Assembly (NCBI GenBank): GCA_048213135.1
Contig: PS015020.1
Location: 268,430 to 332,429 of the forward strand
DNA length: 64,000 nt
Direction of reading: 5' to 3'
DNA from: Reclinomonas americana ATCC 50394
Taxonomy: Eukaryota
How positions within the stretch are numbered: position 1 is the stretch's first letter; every line of letters begins with the position of its first letter. This document shows positions 52,001 to 64,000 of this stretch, piece after piece. The position numbers were made by a program, and so were the translations under genes. The notes under the pieces are model-generated. The model saw only the letters and a program-made list of their open reading frames with translations. It was not told where the DNA came from and made no database searches.

Positions 52001-55000
52001 GCAGCGAAAGAACAACAATAAGAATAAATGTCAATATGCGTGCACACTCGTGCGACCATCGCATACGCAGACCTCGGCGTCCGAGTCCAACTTGGGCTGC
52101 GGTCGCGCAAAGAGGCGCACCACTTCGTTGAGCAGGCGAGCCAGCTGACACATGGTGGAGTATGAGCGACGCGTGATCCAGATGCTGCGCGACACACGAC
52201 AAAGTGTCAGCAATCTGCGACACCAGCACGCCGCGAGATTGTCGACACGCAACAGCAACATGGGGCGCGTGAGGTTCCGGAAAATCCAACACATGCACAG
52301 CAACAGCTCCCGCTCGAATTCCGGCTCAAAGAACGGCAAGTGCTCGACTTCGGAGAGGACCTGCGGTCGCACACGACACAGAAATGGGAATGAGGGATCT
52401 CCTCCTTCCAGTAGACAGGCAAGCAAACATACCGTGTACAGGAATGGCACAAACAATGTGGCGACACGATGCTTGTCGGCGGCAGTCTGCAGCCGCTCGT
52501 CCAAATCCAGCTTGCGAAGGACTTGGCGGAGAACCAAGATGGCCTGCACATGGACGACAATGAGTAAAACAACAACAACAAGGATCGCAAACTGAGAAAA
52601 ATCAAACCTCGTTCTTGACAGACGGTGACGGCTGAGCAAAGGCGTCGGTGAATGTCGCCGAGAACCACTGCAGCGGCGTCGGCAGCGAGTTGTACACTGA
52701 GCGGAGCGGCGACACGAAAGTTGTCGTGCACATGTCCACCAAGTGCACGTCGTCCAGAATGACGCGCAAGAACTCCAACTGCAGCATAACGCGATGTTCC
52801 ACCAGCGTGTAACCGTCCTCGTTCGACGCCGCGGCGGCCGCAGTCGCCGAGGCTGTCGCCGATCCCGGTCCGCCAGCACCACCTGCCGCCGCCTTGGTTG
52901 CCGTCGGGTCCACCAAATCGTCCAGTTCCAGAGTCGACGGTTGACTGTGCACGACCGGCAGCCGCGACTGGTTCCGTTGCAGTGCGTTGCCGACAAAGAA
53001 CGACGTCGAAGCACCACGCAGCGGAATCGGGCGTGAAAACGGTGCAGAGTCGGTGGGCCGTTGGGCTGCCAGGTCGTGATCCGTAGCACGACTGCCATCT
53101 CGGTGTTCACGCTCCAGACGCCGCTCCTCCACGGCCTCGGTCATGGATTTGTCGTCTGGGGGTGAGGCGCCGGCGCTCTCCAGGCACACGTTGATCTACA
53201 GCAATGGAGGACGTAAGACTAGAGAGGCACAGAGATCACCATGCCTTCCTCTTCTCTCGTCACACTCACCAGGTGCAACACTTTGGGAGTGTCGATGACA
53301 CCAATGAGATCCATGCAAAACAGGGCGACCGAGCGCACAGTGTCGGTGGCCAGTTTGGTGGAGGCCTGGCGCGACATGCCTGGCCGCGGATTCACCGACA
53401 CATTGACCGCCTGCACTCACGAATAAGCAACAACAACTGACTCGGACAACAATTACGGCGTACCTCGTGCACCACTCCCTCCACAATGAGTTCAAGCATG
53501 TCGTCGATGCGACGCACGTCATTCTCGTCCTGCAACATACGCACCATCACCACAGTTACGATTCGCATCACATGGCATGAACACCATCATTGATCAATCT
53601 CGCCCCATCGACGAACCAGCACACCGGCCAAGTCATTGGCCAACAACAGGGTGAGCGCCTTGGCCAGCACATCGAAGAGGAACCAGGAGAACTGCAGCAT
53701 CTGGTTGTGCGATCGACTCGTCTGCGCTCGCTCCGCCGTGCTCCACATCATGTTGGCCGCCACGTCAAGCTGTGACACACACGCACGACATGAGGAAACT
53801 CGACGAGGCAGTCTCTGTTTGTTGATTGTCAACGCTCCGCAACTCGTGTCAACACCTGGCGACTGTGCGCAATCTGACCGGCCTGGTTGGCCAGTGATGC
53901 CGACAGCGACTCCGACCGGCAAAAGTGATGGAGAAGCAGGGCGTACGAGCGACGATGCAAGGAGTCGGCGGAATCGAGGATTTCGCTCGTCACATCAAAG
54001 TCAGAATCCTCGTCGCCCACCTCCTCCTCGCCGTCAAGCGGCACCACCGACTCGGTGCCAGGACCACCACCGCTCTCGGTGCCGCCCATTTGCGACGCCG
54101 TGGGGTCACTGATGGCCGTACTGCTGCTCTCGTCGCCCGTGGGAGCGGAGGTGATCATTGTGGACGGTGGTGATGCGCTGTCACGCTGTACGGCCGCGGG
54201 TCGTGTCAGCGACTCGGTGGTGGGCGGCACATCGCTGCCGCCATCGTCCTCCTCCTCCGGCATGAGCTCCACAAAGCGACCGGAGGTCGGCCGCAATCGA
54301 TCCTCTGTGCCGTCGTTTTGCAAGTGTTGCATGAAAGCGGAGACACTGCTGTCGGCAGACGATGAACGCGCCCTCTCGCGCACTTCCCGTTCCAATGCAC
54401 TGCTGCCGGCCTCTGTGGGGAACACGCGCGACAGACGGCCAACCGCGTCGAAGCTCGGCGCAGAAGAGGTACCCGTCGGCGACAAGGGTGCGGCGGCAGA
54501 CGAGCCAACGCCGGCGAACACGTCGCCAGTGTCGTCAACTGTCATGGACGGTGGCAGGCGATTGGCGCCAAGCAGGCGCATGGCCCCATCGTCGAGTGGC
54601 TCGGGGTGGAAGAGCGGATCCAGCACCATCAGTCGGAGCCACTGCTCGGCCACCGTCACCAAAAACGTCAAGTGATCAATGTTGTCACTCGGCACGTCGA
54701 GCACATACTGCACATACGACGACAGCAGCGTGTTGAGACGGGAGCTCGACCCTGAGCGCAGCGCGGCCTCATCGAGACCCGTGTCGTCGGCCGCCGCCAC
54801 CGCCGTAAACACGGCAGCCACTTGCGTCAAGTACGACATGGACGAGGAGTGCATGTCGCCGCCAGACACGCCCATTCCACTGCTACTGCCACTCATGTCG
54901 GCGGCACCAGCAGCCGCTGATGAACCAGAGGCCGTGGCGGCCGACACCGAAGAGGTTGGAGAGGCATTCACGAGACCAGCCGAGGCGCCGAGTTGCATGG

Positions 55001-58000
55001 CTGCGGAGAGCAACTGGAAGGGTGCGGTAACGGCAGGCGCAGCGGCACTCGGCCGCCGCGTGTCAATCAACGACTGCTGGCCTTCAAGGCGAGTGGCGGC
55101 CAGCATGCGCAGCGCGCGGACATCGTCAATCATCAGGTGAGCCGAGCTGCGGAGAACAGCGAGGAGGGTGGAGAGACACACGCGCTGGAATCGAGTGACC
55201 GTCTCGACGAGCTGCAATACACGCACAAAAGGGACGGTCAGACGAACGAGTGGAGCAAGAAGGAGGAGACAGAAAAATGAGACGCAACTCGCTTGGGAGG
55301 CGCATTGGCCATTCGGTCGGCCGCCGGCCCCACGCCAGCAGTACTGCGCCACACGCCACCACGGCGATGCGCAGACGCCACCGTACCATCGGCATTGCGG
55401 ATGATTGGTGAGGAGTACACACGTGAGGTGGGAGAATCAGAGTCCGCGGCCGCCAAATCATCGCGTGTCGGCGACGCAACACCGCCGCTGTTGCTGGAGC
55501 CACCGACGGCCGTGGTGGCCGGTGGAGAGTCACTCCGGCTGCTGGAACCGTCACCCGACTGAATTGCCACGACTGCCGACACGTGACCGGGTCGATCGCG
55601 GAAGAACGAACTGAGCAACGAAGTCGGCTGCGTGGAACCAGCAGTGGTCGCCGCCATGGCAGCCGCCAGACCGACCCTCGATCCAGCTATGCACGGGAAT
55701 CAGCAATGCGACAAGGTGGGAAGAGGGGGAGTACACGGTGGCCGCAACTCTGCCCGCTGGCATCACTTTGCGGCATCGCCAGCGTGCTGGAAAACGACAA
55801 TTGACGAGCGCGGACCACACTTGACGGCAGAGACAGAGCTTGCGCGGGAGAAGAGTATCGCGAGAGCTGGAACAGAGGAAGAAGGGAAGGAGTGGGATGA
55901 GAGACAATTAGACATGGAAGGGCAACAAGAATAAGGCCACGCACATCATCGGAGCCACTGACAGGTGGAAGGGAAGAGTCGCTGCCACTGCCGCCGGCAC
56001 TGCCATCCGACACGGCGGTAACCGGATTGAGTTCACGCTTGGGAAGCACAGCCGCGGCCACCTCCGACATGAGACGAAGAATCAAGTTGAATGCCACATG
56101 CACGTACGCCAGCGCCTGGCGGAACGACACGTCGGCGGTCACGGTGGCGGAAAGGTCGGCCGACTTGATGAGATCCAGCATGGCATCTTGGCACTGGTCG
56201 AGAGCGGCCTCGAGCACTCGTCCACCACGCTTTGCGCCAGTGCTGTGCATGTGCGAAATGGTTAGCTGTCGAGACCACCACAAGGCGGAGGATCAACAAG
56301 AGGTGCAAGTGACGCAACGAGCTCTCGAGCGTGGAGGATACGAGCGAGCAGCTGCGGAGGAGTCGCAGCATGGCGGCGTGCGGCGGCCACACGGAGCTCA
56401 CCTGCTTGGTGCGACACGTGAACCCATCACGCGCTCCACCCATGGTCGGCATTCTGCACGGTGCGCCATGAGAAATCCATGGCGAAAGCGCATGAAACTC
56501 GGGTGAGGCGACGCAACTCGCCACGTGCGCCGAAATCGAGGTAGCCCGACACCAATCGTGTGTACACTGCGAGGTGATGCTCACCGTCCGGAATCATGCC
56601 GTCCTTCTCGATACCCAGGAACGAGAAGCCGAGTAATTGCTGCACGCGATAAACAATCGTCAGATGGCGAGCACAAAGAAAAAACTAGCAGTGTATGCAC
56701 CTCGGTGGGCTGCTCCAGCGCCGACTGATCCGGCACCAGTTGACGCTTGGTCGACACCGAGTAGAACAAGAAAAGCAAGTGATGCTTGCTCTCGCCCAGC
56801 AACGGCACTGCCATGCGGAACTCGTCACTCAACTGTGGCGTGGCCGTGTTGTACCGGATCTGTGTTTGACCAAAGCGTGACGTGGCCGGACTGCCGTGCT
56901 TGGTGTGCACGTTGCAGAGTACACCAGGCAGATTGCACAGGTCGGTGAGTGTGGCGTCGACCCCGATGGCACCGTGCGGCAGCGCGTCGACTTCGCGGTA
57001 CATGACCTGTGGGGTGTGAGGAATGAGACACGCGGAAACGAACCAAACACACATGCAATTACGCACCCTTACAAACACAGGTCGTGTACCAATGGTGGGC
57101 AGCCGAGCAGCTAGCGGGTACACATACAAGTCGTGCACAAACGAGGTGTACGGGGTCGCTGGTGCCACCGTGTAGAATTCACGGACATGCACAAATGCGC
57201 GAGCCACACGCTCGTGTCGGGAGTACTTGCGCGACCGTGCCACCACGTCCTGCTCCGAGGCGCTGGTCGCCCCGGAAGGTGATCCCGTGGGCGACTCGAG
57301 TGGTCCCGCGGCGTTGGCCTGTATTAGAGACGAGGAGGAGGAGGATGGGCGAACTAATAAAAGCCGTCGACCTGCCTCACGCAATACGCACCACAAACTG
57401 GACAGACGACGACAGATTGAACATGGGCGCAGAAGTAAGCATGGCAGTCGACATATTGGTGGACACCGGCAGAGTCCTGGTGAGCGACGCCGAGCGGCGT
57501 GATCGCACCAAGAGCAACGAGTCGGTCGGCGATCGCACGTCGTCGCCATCGTCATCATCTTCCACCGGCGCCGCTGCATCCTGATCGTTCGGCAACGGCG
57601 TGATTTGCAGCAGCAGCTCACCCGGAATCACTCGCAGTTGCTGACGAGTGGCCTCGGCCGACACAATGTAGTCGCACACATCAAACGGACGACTGGCGTC
57701 CCACGCTGGGATCTCGAAGAATGGTGTCGCGCGCACCACCCCCGACGCCAGCCGCAGGCCGCGAGGCACATCCGGAGCGGGCATGACTGGTGTCGTGTAC
57801 ATGGAGGATGATTGTCCGCTGTGTCGTCATCGGCGAGCGTCAGAAAGGTGGACGGGGGAGAGTGAGAGAATGCTCCACACTCACCGGTGCACGTCAAATA
57901 GCCGCACGGCTGTCCACGCAAATGGTTCGCGGTACGAGCCAAAGAGACCGCACACTTCGCGCTTCTTTAGTCGCACCAGGCTGCATGCAAATGAATGATT

Positions 58001-59267
58001 GAATGAGGACAGTGAATCAGTGGCGGTGTCAGCACGGCGACGCAACGACAAGTCGCCACCACTTGCATCGACATAGGGTTGCGAGGCCAGCGCCGGCGGC
58101 AGTCCGTGGAACACACGCTCGAGGAAAATCACCAGCACAACGCTCGGCGACGGCCGCGACACAGAAAAGAGGGCACGTGCGACAGAGCGCACAGCTGATT
58201 CGGCCGAGTATTCGTAATCCACTTGCATGTCGTGACGCGGCGGGAGATGTTGCATGTGCTGCGCGGAGAAGCACACGCATGATGAGGAGGAGGAGTGAAG
58301 ACTGAAGGAGATCGACAGTGTGACGAAACAGCATTGGAGTTGAAGTGAAAGTAGAAATTCTCCGACAGGCGCGTCTTGGTCGACACGTCAAAGAGCGCGC
58401 AGTGGCAGAACACCGGCTCCAGGTCGCCCACCGAGAACACGAGCCGATGGAAACTGATGAGCATTTTGGTGGCGCTGCAGGGGTGTGGCAGAGAAAAAAT
58501 CAGCAGTGAGCGCGTCACTTCCAGTGGGAGCAGGGGAAAGCGGCACGCAACAGCGTCACAGGGTACGGCGGCAGAACCGTGCGATGACACAGGCGCTCTT
58601 CGACACTGCCCGGCCAGTCGCAGTGGCCATCGTACAGCTCGAATAGTGGGCGCGACAGTGAGACCTGTGCGGGATGGATCGGTGAGATTATAATGGTGGG
58701 CTTCTCGTGATGGTTCTGTTGTTGTTTTCTCACCTTATCAGGTCGAATCGGTCGATATGGGGACACCTTGCGTCGCACCACTCGCCACACCCCGCGGAAC
58801 AGACGAAAACTCTCGCGAGCAGAGAGCGGCAGCGATGCCATTTCCTGCACAGCGCAACCAATCAATCAGCATGGAAGTCAAGAAACACAAGAGGGCGGCA
58901 CTCGGCGACGCAACAGGGGCTGCGCGGTCCGCCAGCTCGTTGCGCACGATCTCGGTGCACACCTCGACCTCGCGGCGCACACTGCCAGAGAGGGTCAGCA
59001 AGGGGGAGAAGGAGAGGAAAGAGGAAAGGAGAAGGTGAAGGAGGGCAAGGGGGAAGGAGAAAGGGAGGGAGAACACCAAGGTGTAGAAAGGAGGACGCAG
59101 GGGGGAAGAGGAGGCAGAGAGAGAGACAGAGAGAGGGAAACAAGGAGGAGAGGAGGCGAGGGCGCATGTTTCTGCAAGCCGAGTGGAAGAAGAATACGGG
59201 AGAGATGCGAGAAGACAAGAAGCAGAGAGAACGAACAACAAGGAGGAGGGAGGGAGGGAGAGAGAGG

Positions 59268-59307
<40 letters not shown>

Positions 59308-60055
59308 GGAGGAGAGGAAGCGAACATCTCAAGTCTCTGCAAGCCGTGTGGAAGAAGAGGACAGAGTACAGTGAGAACAGATGGAGAGAGGGAAAGAGAT
59401 CACCAATGAGGAGGAAAGGAGAAGGGCGCAAGACCATGTGAGCCCTCTGCGCCTCTGCTGTGAGGAAGAGGAGGGAGAGAGAGAGAGAGAGAGAAATAAA
59501 GGACAAGGAAGAGGAATGGAGGAGGGCGCAAGACCATGTGCACCCTCTGCTGCAACAGCTGTGAGGAAGGAGAGAGAGGAGAAGAGAACAGAGAATGCCT
59601 TCCCTCCTCCGCAACGATGACTCAAACGTCGACAGCTGCTCCATCAACAGACTCGCCACCGACGACGAGGACGAGCGGCGTCCCACCAGCGACAACGGCG
59701 ACGACGACGAGTGCGCCACTTCTCCCACGAAAGCTCCCGCAGCACCAGAAGACGACGACGACGATGACATGGACGACAACAGCAATCGACGAGTCGGAGG
59801 CGGACGAGAGACTCCAGTCGACTGAGCAGATGATGCCACGAGCGCGGAACGAGCTCGGCGTTCCACTTCTGCCTCCTCTTCCTTGCCATCATCATCAGCA
59901 TCATCAGTGACTGTGTACAGACTTTGATGATGAGGATGCACGGTGGCGTTGCTTGATGCGGTCGACATCGACATCCATGAGCTGGGGTTGGAGACGAGGA
60001 ATACTCCGGAGGTGTTGGTGCTCACTGGTGGCGACTTTTCCGACATGTCGCCCAT
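49011..60055 (-). CDS. DOCK-C/D (zizimin)-like N-terminal region + DHR-1 C2 + helical region fused to C-terminal REM + CDC25 RasGEF; multi-exon, start approximate
   Basis: EPVFCHCALFDVSTKTRLSENFYFHFN, FGSYREPFAW, PYTSFVHDLYVYP, YNTATPQLSDEFRMAVP..HHLLFLFYSVS, RVATLFVPF; then ATVDKLIEKLT, FMLTYQWFTTP, EIARQLTLIE, LNNFST, PCIPFIGAYLT, LVNFSK. Confidence 0.85.
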
Positions 60056-60957
60056 CTCGCTTTCTCTCACGCACGCACTCACGCGCACAACGTGTGGACG
60101 CTCAAACACAAAGAGAGACGCTGGGCACGGAGCAGGGGAAGAAGCAAGGGCGGAGAGAGAGGAGAGCTCTCTTGACCACACAGCCGAAGGAAAGATGTTT
60201 TGGCGGGACCGCGACGTTCATGCATTTTCTCAGGCCAGGCGTGCGCACCACCAGCTGCTGTGTGCTGAGCATCTACGCACGTCGTCCGTACACTCTCCTG
60301 CTGCGTGTTATGCGCACGGACAAGGAGGCGAGATTGCAGGTAAACGTCGACAAGGCGTGCGGAACAATTCCAAATCCGCGACGTGTGACCTCACGCCGAT
60401 AGCAGGGACACGAGAACATGACGAGAAATCCTCTTTTTCCCGAGTGGCTCACTCTCCGTGTTCCTCTTCCATCGCGGAGAATTCTGGCGGGATATTGTCG
60501 GTAATGTCCCACAACAAAAACGGCCCTCGCTCCAGCAGCATGCTACGGCCCACTATATAGCACTTCGTCTCCTCTCCAAGACGCACTGTGCAACATGCAG
60601 CCACGATGACCAGAACCTTACAGGACGACGTCGACGTCGCACGCCACCGAACTCGCCAGAATCGCAGACAACTGCAGCCACGCATAAGAGAGTGATATGC
60701 GCGTGTGCGCACTTGGCACAAGCGTAGCTAGTGCCAGCACGAGCAGCAGGAGAGGCACGGAAAGAGAATTTCAGACATTCTCTTTCACTGCTTGCAATTG
60801 TTGCGTCTCCGACTGGCGACAAAGGTAGTGTGTCGTCGCGCACAGTTATATTCCTGTTTGCCCAAACAAAGCTTAATGCTCCGGTGCTTCGCTGTTGTTT
60901 GCAAAGTATTTTTGGCGGGACGCGGAACAATTGCATTGATTGACACGCACGCAGCGA

Positions 60958-63430
60958 ATGGGGTGCGCGTCGTCACGCGAAAGTGTGGCCGAGCCCGCCA
61001 CCCCGCCCTCTCCCACCTCCACCTCCAACGCACCGAATGGACGCGGAGGCAACAGCATGCGCATCAACGCACAGGAGGAGGACGACGAGGGCGAGATGAG
61101 TGTGACGCGCAAACTGCAAGTTTTGCGTGAGTGCATGGCGGCGGCGGCGGTGGCGGGGTCGCCGAGTGGAACGCGACTGCAGCGGTCGCCGAGTCTGCGG
61201 CAGAGGAGAGTGCGCTTTGATGGGCATGATGAGGAGGAGGATGAGGATCCGGCGTTGATGGGCTCGGCGGTGGAGCTCATGGTGAGTGGGAGGAGAGAGG
61301 GAGGAGAGAGGGAGGAGAGAGGGAGGAGAGAGGGAGGAGAGAGGGAGGGGAGTGTGTCATGATCTTTGACTGCAATCACTCATTCTCGCACGTCTTCTCC
61401 GCACACACACACTCACTCACACACACACATTCACTCACACTCACTCACTCACTCACTCTCTCTCTCTCCTCTCTCTCACTCTCGCTCTCTCTCTCTCTCT
61501 CTCTCCTGTCACTTGCCCTTCTCTCTTCTCCGCTCTTCCTTTGTCATCCCTGCATGCACTCTCCCTTGACACCACCCCCTGCTCACTTTCTCGCTAATCG
61601 CCATCCTTTCCCTTCGCCGATAGGTCCCTCTCAAATCCAACACCTGCCTCATGGACGCCGACTGCGCCGACGCACTGCCCGCCTCATCGCTCGCGGAGAC
61701 GCAGCTGATGGAGTTTGTGGAGCGGAAACGCAGCGGCGGCATGGAGAAGGTGATGCTGGTCAGTGGATGGTCGGGCGGCGGCAAGAGTGCGCTCCTGCGT
61801 GGCCTCGAGAAGCGCTTGTGGGAGCGGGAGAAGACGTTGCCGCTGCTGGTTCGCGTGGCGACGGTGCCGGTGACGGTACTGGAGACGCCGGGCAAGCTGT
61901 TTCCGTATTTATTCGAGCAGGCCGTGTCGCAGGTCACCACGCGCGAATCGCGGTTGAGAATAGAGGAGGTCTGTGCATTCATCTTGTCGCTTCGTGTCCA
62001 CCCCCTCATACGCGAAATGCAGTGCAAGGATCTGCACGCCATGGTCGTCATTCTCGACGGCTACGACGAGTGCGTCGAGCCACCGCGGCAGCTGTTTGAT
62101 GCGCAGACGTTTGCTGTTGCGTGTGCCCTTCATTTACTCATTTTTTCCGCACGGGCTCACTCGCAATGGCAGGCGTGGCCCAATTTGCTGCTGATCGTGT
62201 CGGTGCGGCGTGAGTTCCTGCTCAGTCTCGGTGCCTGCGACGCACTTGCTTTCTTTGCCCCGTCGGCACCGCGATCCGCGCTGGCACAGTGCCATTTGCG
62301 GCTGCTGGAGCAGGACGATGTGGACGAATTCCTCCGACGGTGAGAACTCACATGGCCCTCGTCCCCTCCTTCCTCACCTCCTCACCCTCCTCTTCTGTTC
62401 GCCGCAGGTTCGTGGTCAAAAAGTCGCGCGGCTACAGCCCGCGCACGACGTGGGAGACGTATCGCGAGTTTCTAGAATCGATCCCCGGTCTGAGGGAGAT
62501 GGCGCGCTCGGTGAGACTGTCGCACTCGTCCGAGAGTGGTGCCTCGCACTCACCGTGCGCACTTTGTGCAGCCGCTGCTGTTGAACATGTTGGTGTCGGT
62601 CAAAGATGCACTGCGTTCGGCCGCCGCCGAGCGATGCATCACACTCGGCTTTGTCTTCGAGTCGCTGGTGCAGCGAAAGATCGACTGGGAGTGTCGTCAT
62701 CACGCTGCCGACATTGAGAAAGTGCGTGCGGTCACTATCCGTATTCATGTGCGCGCGTTACACTCACTCGATTACACGCACACATGCAGTATTTTGTGTC
62801 GTCCCGAGAGCAGTTTGCAGAGAGCGTCTTGCAACTCTGCACGGATGTGGCCGGCGAAATGATGCGGTCGTCGGTTTCCATTGTACAGCCCTTTGTTGCG
62901 TTTCTCAATCACACACTCTCTCATTTTTCTCATATCTCCCGCTGACTCCAATCCCACAGACGGAACCCGGCACACTGTTAATGGCCGAGTCAGGTGCTTC
63001 ATCTTCTTCCTCCTCCCCCAACGGCGGCGGAGGCGGCGGCAATTCACGTGCAGCGATCGCGGCGCGAGCCGCCAGCCGGATATGGGATACGCGCTTTTTC
63101 AATGTCGAGCCGCATCACGTCACATCGCAGCGTGGTGCGCTGCTGAGGGTTGCGCGCATGGCGCAGCCGCCATTCGCGACCTTTCTGCACCGCTCCATGC
63201 TCGAGTATTTTGCCGCTTGCGACTGGCTCCTCACGTTGTCCCGTCTCACCAACGAGGGAGTGTCGGATGAGGTGCGCTTATGCAGTCTCATGCAATTAGT
63301 ATTCTCCTCGTATCTCAACCGTTTTATTCCTCGCAGGAGCGTCTCGACATGCTCAGCCACTCGCTGGTGGGACAGGTGTTGTTGACACGGAACAAGGATG
63401 TTGCGTCCGCTATACATTCCCTTCTCTTCT

Positions 63431-63492
<62 letters not shown>

Positions 63493-64000
63493 NNNNNNNN
63501 NNNNNNNNNNNNNNNNNNNNNNNNNNNNNNNNNNNNNNNNNNNNNNNNNNNNNNNNNNNNNNNNNNNNNNNNNNNNNNNNNNNNNNNNNNNNNNNNNNNN
63601 NNNNNNNNNNNNNNNNNNNNNNNNNNNNNNNNNNNGCTCACCCGCGAACCGCACAGACTCCTCGCGTCGTGCTCACATTCATTGCGGACCGCGCGCGGAA
63701 CGACGAGGCCGTGCAGCAGCAGTTGTGGCGCTGCATTGAAATGTCACGCGGTCAAGACGAGCCGGCCGTCATCACGGCGGCGGCGAGTGCGGCGGCGGTG
63801 TTGTGCGTCGCACGTGTGCCGTTCTCGGGTCGCGACTTGAGTGGCGTGCGCCTGCGCAATGCCGATCTGCGCGACATGATTGCGCAGCGCGCGGTGTTCC
63901 GTGGCGCCGACCTGCGAGACGCTGTGCTGGAGGAGGCGTACTGCCGCGAAGCCGATTTTTCACAATGCCAGTTGGCAAACGCGCGCCTGACGAGCACCCC
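60958..64000 (+). CDS. N-lipidated NACHT-type STAND NTPase followed by pentapeptide repeats (NLR-like); continues beyond the window
   Basis: MGCASS start; Walker A GWSGGGKS; Walker B VVILDGYDE; PLLLNML; FLHRSMLEYFAA; FSGRDLSGVRLRNADLRD...FRGADLRDAVL pentapeptide repeats. Confidence 0.85.

Overview
Gapped draft scaffold from an intron-rich, GC-rich eukaryote, most likely a free-living protist (taxon cannot be determined from this window). Exons are short, introns are mostly ~55-100 nt GT-AG, (GT)n/(CT)n microsatellites are abundant, and genes are tightly packed. I spliced the genes by eye. In order: an importin-beta/CSE1-family N-terminal fragment, an intronless Fic-domain gene, Raptor, a MATE transporter, a transit-peptide + TM + SAVED-like protein, a secreted protein, a multi-pass membrane protein, an alpha-kinase with degenerate catalytic motifs, a Cys-rich protein, RBM48, a TM-WD40 protein, INTS2, succinyl-CoA ligase beta, a myristoylated WD40-coiled-coil-IRAK/Pelle-like kinase, a DOCK-like scaffold ending in a CDC25 RasGEF instead of DHR-2, and a lipidated NACHT/pentapeptide STAND NTPase that runs off the end. 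Highlights: (1) an intron-containing eukaryotic gene with a SAVED-like (CBASS-type cyclic-oligonucleotide sensor) domain and a mitochondrial-type leader; (2) the DOCK-RasGEF chimera; (3) NLR-like immune architectures; (4) a frequent shifted 5' splice site, GTTGCG. All family calls rest on motif recognition, not database searches.
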